Shown here piece after piece: positions 36,092 through 48,992 of a stretch of 64,000 nt of DNA. Position 1 is the first letter of the stretch; the number at the start of each line of letters is the position of its first letter. The DNA is from Malacoraja senta. Taxonomy: Eukaryota. The translations under genes were made by a program, and so were the position numbers. Location: the NCBI GenBank assembly GCA_038087875.1, contig CM075984.1, forward strand, positions 9,672,001 to 9,736,000. Reading direction: 5' to 3'. The notes beneath the pieces were generated by a model, which had not been told where the DNA came from, made no database searches, and saw only the letters and a list, made by a program, of their open reading frames with translations.

Positions 36092-39000
36092 TGTAGCGCC
36101 ACCCGGTGGTGGCTCTGGGGATTCGAACCCTCATGATTGGCTGGAGGAGTCTCATGAGCGCGGGTGTTCTATTGGCAGTGTTTTTATGCTGTAACTATCA
36201 GTAACTGTCAGTCTAGCGCCCATACTTGTGGAAGCAACATTATTTTTGGCTGTCTTATCGACGGATGACACATTGTTTGTGTTCTAAAATAAAGAACTTT
36301 TCGTACACCCTAGGGTCTCGACTCGCCAAAGTGGTGACTCCGCTAGTCCGGACGGATTTAGGACTTTCAACATGCTAGCCGCCGCCATCCCGATTCCCTG
36401 AAAAACGCTGTGGGACTGAAGCTGCCCGTGTTCTGGGCAGAGCAGCCTCAAGTGTGGTTTGCCCACAAAGAGGCCCAGTTTCATCTCTGCAATGTTGTGG
36501 TCGATGACACCCAGTACTTTTACTTCGTCGGGGCGCTCAACCAAGAGACGGCCTCACGGTTGCTGCCCTACTTACAGGACCCCACCGGCGTTTGGCAAGT
36601 ACAACGGCCTCAAGGCCCTACTGTTCTGCACCTTCGGGCTCAGCCCCCGGGAGCGCACCGCCCACCTCCTCCACATGGACGGCCTCGGCGACCGCAAACC
36701 GACCGCCTTAATGAGCGAGATGTTCACCTTGATGGACGGCCATCGACCATGCCTGCTCTTCGAATGGACATCGGATGACATCCACTTGCTGCTCGTCGGC
36801 TCCGACTTTGCCGACAAATTGTGGCTCGCGAAGCGGCAGGACGGCGGGTCATCAGCCGGGTGTCCGCGCCTGCCCGCCAACCGCCCCGCAGAGATGTCCA
36901 GCCCGCCGCAACCGTCGCCGAGCCACAGCCACACGCCAGGGACCGGGATAAACTCCAGTAGTGCCTTTATCACCTCCGCCGAGGCACTGAGGCCCACCGA
37001 TGCCGGCACCCCTGCACGTTCGGGAAATGCCTCGACCGATCGGTAGTGGGGGCTATCACGATTGGCCACAACAACTGCCACTCTGGATTGCATTTCCTGG
37101 TGGACCCGGGGCCATCGTGAACATCCTCCCCCTGACTGGGCTGGACACCCGTGCCGGTAAGCGGGGCCCTGTCCTCAAGGCTGTCAACCGCTGTACTATC
37201 CGCACCTACGGGACGCGGACCCAATCCGCGTTTTTCGAGTCTTTCGACTCCCGCCCGTACGTTTGGACATTATCGTCGCAGCGGTGGCCCAGCCGCTCCT
37301 GGGCACTGACTTCCTTCGGGCCTTTTTCCCTCATGGTGGACGTATGGGGCGGGCGCCTCATTCCACCAGGCGTTCCAGCGCCTAATGGACATAGTCGGTG
37401 GGGGATTGAACTTTCTCTACATTTACCTCGATGACATCCTGGTCTTGAGCCGCTCCCAACAGGAGCACCTCACACACCTGCGGACGCCATTCCAGCGGCT
37501 CCGCGACCATGGACTTATCGTCAATCCCGCGAAGTGCCAGTTTGGACTCTGCACGATTTCGTTCCTGGGCCACAACGTCACCTCGCAGGGCGCCATCCCA
37601 TTGCCGTCTAAGGTGGAGGCCATCCGGCAGTTCCCCAGGCCGCTAACTGTGAAAGGCCTACAGGAGTTTGTCGGTATGGTAAACATCTACCACCGTTTCG
37701 TGCCGGCGGCGGCCAGAATCATGCGCCCCCTTTTCCAGTGCCACGCCGGTAAGCCACGGGAACTCGTGTGGTCCACTGAGGCGGAGGCCGCATTCGAAGG
37801 TGCAAAAACTGCGCTAGCTGGAGCCACCATGCTGGTGCACCCGCGGGCCGCTGCCCTGACGGCTCTCACTGTGGATGCCTCTGATACGGCCGTAGGCGGG
37901 GTCTTGGAACAGCTCATTGACGGACGCTGGCAGCCGCTAGCCTTTTTCAACCGTCAACTGAGGCCCCCCGAGCGCAACTATAGTGCATTTGACCGAGAGC
38001 TCCTCGCCCTCTACCTGGCCATCCGGCAATTTCGCTACTTCCTGGGGGCCAGGCCGTATCCGCCTTCACCGACTGCAAGCCCTTGACGTTTGCCTTGGGG
38101 TAAGGTGTCTGACCCATGGTCCGCCCGGCAGCAACGACACCTGGCATTTGTCTCGGAATTTACGACGGACGTTCGGCATGTGGCCGGGAAGTCCAACACA
38201 GTCGCCGGCGCCCTGTCCCGCCCGGCCCTCCCAGCTGTGGCGGCTGTGGACCACGGCGTCAATTACGTGGAGTTGGCTGCAGCACAGCGCGCAACTGACG
38301 GGATGGCGGACTACAGAACAGCCGTTTCTGGGCTGCGGTTGGTCAACGTTCCACTTGGTCTCACGGGAGCGTTGGTGCCGTGCGACGTCTCCACCGGGCG
38401 ACCTCGTCCCATGGTTCCCATCACCTGGGGCAGCTGGATTTTCGACACCATCCATGGCCTGGCCCACACTTCAATCCGGGCGACTTCCGCGCTGGTGGCG
38501 GACAATTTCGTTTGGCACGGTCTCCGCAAACAGGTCACGGTTTGGGCTAGGGCCTGCGTCCCGTGCCAGACATCCAAGGTGCAGCGCCTTGTGCGGGCCC
38601 CGGTGCAAGACTTTGTGGTTCCCTCGGGCCGCTTCCATCACATTCACGTGGATTTAGTGGGCCCGTTGCCGCCGTCTGCATCTACTCACGGTGGTGGATC
38701 AATTCACGAGCTGGCCCGAGGCTATCCCTCTGTCAGACACCTCTGCCGAGTCTTGTTCCCAGGCCCTCGCGGCGAATTGGATTGCTCTGTTTGAGGGTCC
38801 GGCAGACATTACAACCGACCCGGCTCAATTCACGTCCTCGTTGCGGGCTTCGCTGGTGAAGTTGTACGGGGCACAGTTGCACCACACCATCCCCTATCAC
38901 CCCCAGGCAAACGGCCTCGTGGAGCGGTTCCACCGCCACTTGAAAGCGGCCCTGATGGGACGGGTCCAGACTGGGTCGACCAGTTGCCTTGGGTCCACTT

Positions 39001-39442
39001 AGGCATTCGCATGGCCCCCAAGACGGACTTGGATGCTTCGTCCGCCGAATTGGTCTACGGCTCGGCTTTGCGGGTACCCGCGGATTTCCCCCCTGTGGTT
39101 CGAGGGCAGCCGGAAGACACCCCGGCGGTGTTGGCGATTCTCCATCAGCGAGTGGGCGGCCTGGCTCCTGTGCCTGCCTCGTGGCATGGAACATGTCGTG
39201 GTCCATGTGCCGCCGGACCTTAAAAACTGCTTGTTTATTATTGTTTTGCAGGGATGCCCACCGATCTCCACTCCAGTGAGTTTACGAGGTGCCGTTCTGG
39301 GTGTTGCGTGATGGCCTCGCTACGTTTATATTGGATGTGTGGGGCCGAGAGGACATCGTCTCTGTCGCCCGGCTCAAGCCGGCCAATGTGGATGTGTACA
39401 GTCTGATGGTGGTTGTACACCCTAGAGTCTCGACTCGCCAAA
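36092..39442 (+). mobile_element. Degenerate Gypsy LTR retrotransposon, CsRn1-like clade
   Basis: 5' LTR about 36092-36330 (TGTAG..CGCCAAA) and PBS TGGTGACTCCG (tRNA-Trp-like). Gag LKLPVFWAEQPQVWF with CHCC motif CLYH-x9-C-x3-C; RT YLDD; RNase H DAS..RELLA; integrase H..H..CVPC, YHPQANGLVERFH. Only the last ~28 bp of the 3' LTR remain (39414-39442). TSD ATAT/ATGT. Confidence 0.88.
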
Positions 39443-39526
39443 ATGTCCATTTCATTTTTCTTATAATTCCTAGCAAATGACTAGCAAAAAATTAAGGTTT
39501 TATTGCTTCCAGCCTCTTGCAACTTA

Positions 39527-39817
39527 AAGCCCTGCCCACTGTACAAGTTCATTCAAGAGTTCTCCCGAGTTTGCCCTGATTCGAACTCGGAGATTTACGG
39601 TAATTTACGGACATTTTTCAACATGTTGAAAAATCTTCCCGAGTCTTCCCGAGCTTACCGCGTTTCCCGATTACCTGCCGTTAGCGTTACGAGCCGCTAA
39701 TAGACGTCCCTGAGCTCTGACATACACGCTACGTACATTCTACGTGCTTCCACGAGTTTGATTTTTTTTTAAACTCGGGAGAGCTCTTGAATGAACTCGT
39801 ACAGTGGGACAGGGCTA
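39527..39817. mobile_element. PIF/Harbinger-type MITE
   Basis: Long imperfect TIRs (AGCCCTG.CCCACTGTAC.AGTTCATTCAAGAG.TCTCCCGAGTTT) flanked by TTA on both sides (39524-26, 39818-20). Confidence 0.8.
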
Positions 39818-40511
39818 TTAGTTGGAAATATTCAAATGTTCTGACCCCCTGGTGATTTAGTTTCTTATTTATGGACTCTATCAGATATATCACTATGTGA
39901 TAAAACACTGAAAAACAAGCAGATGATCCAAATTCATAATTGTTTCTCCAACCTTACTGCTTTGGTACAGAGAGGGGATACAAAAATAATAAACAAGACT
40001 GAAGACTAAAGAAATTTTCAGACAGGTTCCTTCGATACTGTTTCATGATTGCTCCACTGGGGTCAAGGAAAGAGCGTTCACGTCGCGGCCCTGTTTCCAC
40101 CAATCTATCCACCACACGCACAAGAAGCACAAGAAGCGCAAGACAGACACCATTGTGCAGATGCCGAGATGTGTGTTCAGCTCTGGCTGAACAACTTCTA
40201 ATCTTGTGTGTGGACTCGATATAAATGAAGAATGCTCCAGTGAACCTTTGGACAAACATTAATAAAATGAGTAGGATCAGGGTTCAATTGTTATCTAATA
40301 AGGTATCTGATCGGAGATGCTCCAGTTGCCTTGTTTTCAAATGCTCTAACAAACTTCAACAGATGTACAGTAGAAGGAATCCTGACTGGTTGCGATATAG
40401 CCTCATATTGCAATTTCCATGAACAGGAATGCAGAGGTTGTCCATCACAGGCACTGCCCTAGGGAAAACATCCAAATGAAGCCCTGCCTCAGGAAGGTGG
40501 CATCTATGTGC

Positions 40512-43500
40512 TGTCACATCTTCGCCTAAGATGTGGAATAATAATACTGATACAATATTTACAGGTTACATTCCTTTGCCTCCATGTTTATTATCTCCGC
40601 CGGGCCATGGCCTCCTGCCTTGGCTTACACAGCTCACACCCGATCTGACCACCGAGGCAGCTGATACAAATGTCAAGATATTTGCATATCATTATCATGA
40701 CTCATCATCGTGACATCCCTCCTTTACCAGAATTAAACTTTAAATTAATATGTGTTCTTTCTAATATACTTTCCAATTAAATTCTTACAAAGCATATTTG
40801 TGTTTTCATTTGTGTTCCAATAACTCACGAAACAGATGCATTACAAAACAAATGCAATGCAACTGTCTTTTTTTTCCAAACCCTTTCATCCTATTTCTTT
40901 AAATGCAACAATGCAACTTTTTACACTCTTGTAACCTTAATAAACTCCTTGATCATAATAAACAGTGTCATAATAAACAGTGTGCTATTGACACAGCTGC
41001 ACAATTAAACAATTCTTTACCCTTAAAAATTATTATGTTGGCTTTATTAGCCAAATACACCATGGCACTAACTAAAAACCTGTACAAGTACAAACAAATT
41101 ATTTGTTTTCCCTTAGTACAAATAATAACCTGTAGGCTTCCTTTGCCTCTAAACAAATGTCATATTCATCTGTATAATTACTAAGCAAAACTATAGCCTA
41201 TAACACAAAATTGTTGTATCGCTTGGGGACTCTCCTTTCACGTTTTGGTCTACCAGCTGGCGCAGGAGCATCAGAGCCTGTTGAATCTGCCAAGGTTTTG
41301 TCACCCAGACGCCTTCTCTGCTCACCACCTGCATTACAGCGTGCTGCCACTGGAACTCTGGTCACCACCTCGGAAATGCTGGTTGTCTCAGGAACAGCGG
41401 TCACCACCTCAGGGATGTCGTCTGGCCCCTCTGAATCGGTAGCTCTTGGTGGATTTTGAGCCACCTCGTTTTGAGTGTCTCTGGACATGTACTTTTTGAC
41501 GCTCGATACATTTCTCTTGTAGATAACACCTTCTGGAGACTTGACTGTCACCATGCAGCCGCTCCCCGATACAACATTGTCTGGCTGGTAATAGTAAGCA
41601 GTGTCTATCTTACCGCCATCATCTTGCCTCACAAGCACGTCATCACCAGGCATTATTTCAGGGTGCCTAGCTCCTCGTTTCAAGTCAGCATACCATTTTG
41701 CAACACCTTTCTTTTCGGCATCACAGTCTCAGCTCCTGGTCTTCCGTGATATCTCGCACTTCTGGTATTTTAGTGCGAATTTTCCTTCCAAACAAGGCTT
41801 CTGCTGGGCTTTTCCCTTTCGTTGAGTGAGTGATCGCCCGATATACAGCTACGTATACTCACAGTGCCTCCTTCCAGTTTTTCCCTTCGGCATGATCGAT
41901 TCGTATCCTCTTCTCTATGGACTGGTTTTGCCTCTCTACTTCTCCATTAGCTTGTGGCCATTTCGGAGTCACCTTGTGATGATGGATGCCTGTGATTCTC
42001 ATGTATTCACCAAATGTCTCGGAAACAAACTGTGGCCCATTGTCAGAATACAATGTAACAGGCAACCCGTGTCTGGCGAAGATCTCTGCTAATGTCTGTA
42101 CAGTTTTTTCTGCTGTAGACTTCATCACTGCATACTCGTAGTACCTGTTATAGTAGTCTACCACTACCATAATTGATTCACCTGTTGGAAGTGGTCCAAG
42201 AAAGTTAACAGCTACGTCAACCCATGGTCCTGTTGGTAACTTTGTACTTCTAATTGGTTCTGGTGGGTTGCTCCTGCTTGTGATTTGGCATCCGTGACAT
42301 GTCTTGACCTCCTGTCATGTTCTTCACGAATTAATGCATGGACGATGATGTCATCTGATATGTTTGCTGCTCCTGGTACACCTTGAATCACTCTGTGGAT
42401 TTCGTACTGATAGATCTTGGGGGCAGCATTGATTCCGAACATCAGTCTTTTGTACAGGTATAATCCACAGTGAGTGATGAATGTTGTCACCTCTCTTGAC
42501 TCTGGATGTAATTCCAACTTATGATATCCCCACTTGAGATCAATTTTGGAAACATCTTTACTGGTTGATAACTCATGTAGCACCTCATCGACCGTAGAAA
42601 TTGGGTGTCTTTCTCTGATTATTGCCTCAATGGTTCTCCTCATGTCTACGCACAGTCTGATGTCATCATTGGGTTTCGGCACAATCATTACTGGACTCAC
42701 CCATGGTGTCGAATGTTCAACTGGTTCAATAATGTCCTGATCAATCAACTCCTTGATTTTAACTGCGACTTTTCCACGAAGTCCAAATGGCGTTCTCCGC
42801 ACCGGTTGAGCTATCGGCTTGACATTTTAATCAATGGCTAACTTCACTTGCCAGCCTTTCAATTTTCCAACCCCTTGGAATACTGAGTGAAATTCCTGCC
42901 TCATGTCATCATATGACTGCACTGAATTGACATGCACTCCGATGTGAAGCATTCCCAGCTCTCGAGCTGTACTTCTATTCAGCAGAGGTTCTCCCTTCTC
43001 CACTATCACCATGAATTCTGCTTCAGTTTCTCTATCTCCCACTTCTACTTTAGCCGTGAAGCATCCAATGGTCTGCAATGGTTTAGTTGCAGTGCATGGA
43101 TATAACTTCCTACTACACCTCCTTGACGTGCACTTGATTTTCTGCTGTTTCAAGCATTCCCAAAGTGATCTGTCAATTACGTTGCTGTCACTACCAGAAT
43201 CTACAATCACTGGCACCGTAACACTTCCGATGGTCACTGCAACTTTTTCGTGATGGCTCTCATTCAATGCAAACTGATAATTCCTTTGAACAGCATGCTC
43301 ACCAGCTTCATCACTGTCTTCATCACTTCCGAAATCACCTTCTACGTGACGGACATGACCCTTCTTTTTCTGCCAAGGTCTGTCTTTCTTTTCACTGGAC
43401 TTCCCTTTCTTGTTGTAATCACTTGTCTTGTCCATGGCCTTACTTTTACATTTCTTTGGAAAATGATCTTTGTCTGCACATTTCCTACATGTTCTTCCTT

Positions 43501-44481
43501 TTGCTGGACAACATGCATCTTTCCCTATGTGACCCTTGTTGCCACACCTGTAACACTCGATCTCACGTTCAGGCATACTTCTTGGTCTAACGTTGGACAG
43601 CTGGTTAACTTGCCCAGTCTTGGAATCTTTCAATTTCATGCTGCGAAATTGTCCCTCAACAGCTTCCAGTGCCGCCGCAATCGACAAAGCATCATTAAGG
43701 TTTAACTCACCCCCTTTTTCTAGCAGCCTTCTCCTGAGATGTCTGACCTGCAATGCTGGACAACCTGATCCAATATCTGCTTTTCCACATCAGCAGCCAC
43801 ATACTTGCATCCTACAGACACCTGTCTCAACTGTCTCACAAATTGAGCAACAGTCTCGTCCTCTTCCTGCATTGTTTTGCGGAATAAATGGTGTTGAAAT
43901 GTAGCGTTCGGCACCACCACATAATGACTGTTCAAAGCATCAATTGCTTTATTCCTCCTTCATTCCGGTGTCAGGTTTTAAACATTTCTCGAACCGCTGG
44001 CCCCGCGAACAAGAGAAGCAACGCTCTCCGCTGCGCCTTCTAACCTGGCGTACTCTCCTCAAGAAAGAGCCCACGACTGATGGTGTAGGCCTCGAATTCC
44101 TCCAGCCAAGCGTTCCACTTCACACTGACGGTACTCGCATCACCCGTCGGATCGAAGTGTGGAACTCCACGAAGTGCTAAGAAATCAGCTCCAGCGACTG
44201 CCATTATGAAACCTTTTCCTTATCTTTTTCCAGCTCGTAGCCACGGATTCAGAATCCAAAATATCCTCGTCGCCAATGTCACATCTTCGCCTAAGATGTG
44301 GAATAATAATACTGACACAATATTTACAGGCTACATTCCTTTGTCTCCATGTTTATTATCTCCCCCCGGGCCATGGCCTCCCGCCTTGGCTTACACAGCG
44401 CACATCCGATCTGACCTCCAAGTCAGCTGATACAAAGGTCAAGATATTTGCATCTCATTATCATGACTCATCGTCATGACA
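40512..44481 (-). mobile_element. Gypsy LTR retrotransposon (Mag/SURL-like), both LTRs present, pol internally deleted
   Basis: LTRs 40512-40715 and 44277-44481 (TGTCA..TGACA); 5-bp TSD TGTGC; PBS TGGCGACGAGGAT (tRNA-Ser); PPT AAAGGAGGGA. Gag with two CCHC-like knuckles, protease VDSGS, RT ISDDII, integrase SDNGPQF..PQANGEVER. Confidence 0.95.
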
Positions 44482-45107
44482 TGTGCCAGGATCCCACCAC
44501 CTGGGCCATGCTCTCTTCTCACTGCTACCATTGAGCAGGAGGTACAGAAGCTTGAAGTCTCACAGCATCAGGTTCAGGAACTGCTACCTTCCCAGAGCTA
44601 GCAGGTTCTTAAACCAACGTATACTCCTACCTCAGTAATAGAACATCTGTGCTACCATGGACATTTATTTTTCTAATTATGGTTTTGTACTAATGTCTTG
44701 ATATTTGCAAAGGCTTCTCTCTTTTATAATGTGATGTGTAATTTACATCTAATTCATGCACAGTGAGTTTTAGTATGGTTCTTTGAATGTATGTGCTTGC
44801 GATGCCGTTGCAATTAAGAAGTACCCCACTGTACCTGCATATATGACCATAGACTTGAACTTGACCTTGATTCTGTGTTTTTCTTGTTGGATGAATTTGC
44901 GCATCACTCATACTCAGAGTCAGAGAGTTATACAGCACAGAAAAGGGCCTTCGGTCCAACCTGCCCATGCCGACCAAAATGCCCCATCAACGCGAGTCCC
45001 ACCTGCCTGAGTTTGGCCCATATCCCTCTACTTTCCTATTCATGTACCCGTCCAAAGGACATTTAAATATTGCTGTAGTACAGCCTCAACTACCTCTTCT
45101 GGAAGCA

Positions 45108-45920
45108 CATGTGGATAAATGTCAGGTTATCCACTTTGGTTGCAAGAACAAGAAGGCAGATTATTACTTGAATGGTGTCAGATTAGGAAAAGGGGAAGTG
45201 CAACAAGACCTAGGTGTCCTTGTACATCAGTCACTGAAAGTAAGCATGCAGGTACAGCAGGAAGTGAAGAAAGCTAATGGCATGTTGGCCTTCATAGTGA
45301 GAGGATTTGAGTATAGGAGCAAATAAGTCATTCTGCAGTTGTACAGGGCCCTGGTGAGACCACACCTGGAGTATTGTGTGCAGTTTTGGGCTCCTAATTT
45401 GAGGAAGGACATTCTTGCTATTGAGGGAGTGCAGCGTAGGTTCATAAAGTTAATTCCCGGGATGGCGGGACTGTCATATTCTGAGAGAATGGAACGACTG
45501 GGCTCGTAATCACAGGAATTTAGAAGGATGAGAGGGCATCTTATAGAAACATATAAAATGATTAAGGGATTGGACACGCTAGATACAGGAAACATGTTCC
45601 CGGTGTTGGGAGAGTCCAGAGCCAGGGGCCACAGTTTAAGAATAAAGGGTAGGCCATTTAGAACTGAGATGAGGAAAAACTTTTTCACCCAGAGCGTTGT
45701 GAATTTGTGGAATTCTCTGCCTCAGAAGGCAGAGTAGGGCGATTCACTGGATGCATTCAAACGAGAGTTAAATAGAGCTCTTAGGGCTAGCGGAATCAAG
45801 GGATATGGGGAGAAGACAAGAACGGGGTACTGATTGTGGATGATCAGCCATGATCACATTGAATGGCGGTGCTGGCTCGAAGGGCTGAATGGCCTACTCC
45901 TGCACCTATTTTCTATGTAT
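45108..45920 (+). mobile_element. Young CR1 3' fragment nested in the older CR1
   Basis: DKCQVIHFG..KKANGMLAFI..RPHLEYC, opposite orientation to the host element. Confidence 0.88.
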
Positions 45921-47724
45921 CTATGCCATACACTCACCACGTTCTGTGTGAAAAACTTTCCCCTAGGATTCTTATTAAATCTTCCTCCTCTCACCTTAAA
46001 TCTATGTCCTCGGGTTTTTGATTTTTCTACCCTGGGTAAAAGACGCTGCATTTACCCTATCTATTCCCCTCACAATCTTACACACCTCTGTAAGAACACC
46101 CCTCATCCTCTTACACGTATGAACAAAACTGAACGCAATACTCCAAATGCAACCTCACCAACATCTTGTAAAGCAGTAACGTAACATCCCAATTTCTATA
46201 CTCAATTCCTAGACTGATGAAGGCCAATGTACCGAAACCTTTGACCACTCTATCTGCCTGTGCAATTCGTTTAAAGAACAAGGTACCTGCACTCGTAGAT
46301 CCCTCTACTCTACAACACTCCCCAGGGCTCTGCCATTCACTGTGTAGGTCCTGCCCTGGTTTGACTTCCCAAAATGCAACACCTCACACTTATCTGCATT
46401 AAACTCCATTAATTATTCCTCAGCCCACTTGCCCGACTGATCAAGATCCTGCTGTAATTTTTGACAACCATCTTCACTATCTATGATGCCACACACTTTA
46501 ATGTCATCTGCAAACTTACCAATCATGCCTTCTACATTCTGATCCAAATCATTGATATAAACCACAAACAGCGACGGGCTCAGCACTGATCCCTGAGACA
46601 CACCACTAGTCACAAGCCTCTAGTCCAACAAACAATCTTCCACTATCACCCACTACTTCCTTCCATGAAGCCAATCCGCTATCCAGTTGGCTCGCTCTCC
46701 CTGGATCCCATGTGAACTAACCTTCTTGAGCAGCCTACCATGCGGAATCATATTAAATGCCTTGCTGAAGTCCATAAAGACAACATCTACACTTTGACTT
46801 CCTCTACCTTTATGGTTTCTTCTTCAAAATTCTTCAGATTCATAAGGCATGATTCCAACATACAAAACCATGCTGACTATACCTCATCGGCCCCTGTCTA
46901 TGCAAATGCCAACGATTCTCTATATATAGTATCCCTCAGAATACTCTCCAGTAACTTGCCTACCACAGATGTTAGGTTCATTGCTCCATAGTTCCCAGGC
47001 TTTTCTTTGCATCCTTCTTATATATTTGTGGAAGAAATTAATTTAGAGGGAAATAAAAGGAAAAATGAAAAGTTACAGACTTCGCATGTTTGCTTCAAGA
47101 GACTTTATTGCATGATGTCATGGAGAGATGGCGGCAGAAAACTGCTCACCAGTTCTGCGACTTCACAGCAAAATTAGCCGACAGAATTAGTTATACTGTG
47201 CAGTAAACAACTTTTGTTTTTTGTTAGATACAGACATATGAAAATGTACCATCTACTACATGGGTACCAATTATTTCATTAGTCACAACATACTTTTCAC
47301 TTATGTTAATCTTATTCAAACACCGGATTGTTAATACAAGTCAATACAAGGGCATCTTGTCATTATTCTATCTCACCTATCAGGCGGCTCACGCCACCAT
47401 CCCCTCTCTGAGCCAATCATAAACCTCGCATTTACTGCAATGCTACTAGCGGTAGGGGGCGTAGGTGATCTACTGTAAATTCTCACAAAGGAAAACAAAC
47501 TTCCTTATCTCCTCTACTATTTAATATTTCCCCATTCAACACATTCCCAGACAAGAGGTAATACGTCTATTCTTACTTTGCCGATTCCCAGAACCTCTTC
47601 TGCACCTGGTCAAGCGAGAACTTCCAATTGTCACTTCCAAAACACCCTTTCGTTACCTTATTCAATTCCAATCAAAATTAAGTAAGGAAGGATATTAATT
47701 TTTCTTCCACAATATTCCACCGGG

Positions 47725-48395
47725 TGGCGCCAGCAATGGTTGCCTCGCCAACAGTCAGTCTGTCTTTTCCTTCTTTGTGTTTTAATTGTATGTGTTTTAG
47801 TGTTCTTTAGCTTGTTTTATGTGGGGGGTGGGGGTTGGGGGAAACTTTTTCTAATCTCTTACTTTGACGGAATGCGATTTTTTTCTGTATCGTATCTCCC
47901 TCCGCACTGCGGCCTAACATCGAGTAGTTGGCGGCCTTTGCTGGGCACCGCGGAGCCTGTGGACTTACCATCACGGAGCCCGTGATCCCTTTGCCAGGGA
48001 TCAACCTCGAAGATCCACCCATGGGTGCTTGTGGACTATAACATCATGGAGCCCACGGTCTTTGGTCAGAGACCGACATCGGGAACTCCAAGCTGCAGGA
48101 GTTTCGATTGTCCTGACGCGGGAGTTTCCATCGCCCCGACGCGGGAATTTAGATCGACTCGATGCGGGAGCTTCGATCGCCGGATGCAGGAGGTATGATC
48201 GTCCCGCTGGATGGTTCGACTGCCCCAACCGCGGGAGAATAAAGAGGAAGAAAATTGGAATTTTGTGGTGTGGTGGATGTTTATGTTAACTTTTATGTAG
48301 TTGTGTGCCTTGTTTTTTTTTCCGTGTGGCTGTATGGTAATTCGCATATCACTGTACCATAATTGGTACACTTGACAATAAAAGACCTTTGAAAC
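47725..48395 (+). mobile_element. GC-rich dispersed repeat with LINE-like tail
   Basis: Head ggtggcgcc..atggttgcctcgccaacag; tail gacaataaaagacctttgaa. Confidence 0.6.
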
Positions 48396-48649
48396 CATTG
48401 ATATAGAGGCACAGCACCAGTCACCCTCTAGTCTTCTGGCACCTCCACCTGGGTCTGAAGACGATTCATATATCTCAGCCAGGGCACCTGCAATGTCTTC
48501 TCTGGCTTCCATGAATGTCGTCAGCTATATCTGATCAGGCCCGGACGATTTATCTACCTTCATATGCCTCAGGACACTTAGACCCTCAACCGGAATATGG
48601 ACTGTCCTCAAGATATTTCCATTAACTGTCCCACGTTCTCCACTCTTCA

Positions 48650-48992
48650 TAATAATAATAATAATGGATTGGATTTATATAGCGCCTTTCTAATACTCAA
48701 GGCACTTTACATCGCATTATTCATTCACTCCTCAGTCACACTCGGTGGTGGTGAGCTACTTCTGTAGCCACAGCTGCCCTGGGGCAGACTGACGGAAGCG
48801 TGGCTGCTAATCTGCGCCTACGGCCCCTCTGACCACCACCAATCACTCACACACATTCACACACATTCACACGCAGGCAAAGGTGGGTGAAGTGTCTTGC
48901 CCAAGGACACAACGACAGTATGCACTCCAAGCGGGATTCGAACCGGCTACCTTCCGGTTGCCAGCCGAACACTTAGCCCATTGCGCCATCTG
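48650..48992 (-). mobile_element. tRNA-derived CORE-like SINE with L2-type tail
   Basis: Minus strand: A box TGGCGCAATGG, B box GGTTCGAATCC, core GTGTCCTTGGGCAAGACAC, tail AAGGCGCTATATAAAT..(ATT)n. Confidence 0.75.
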
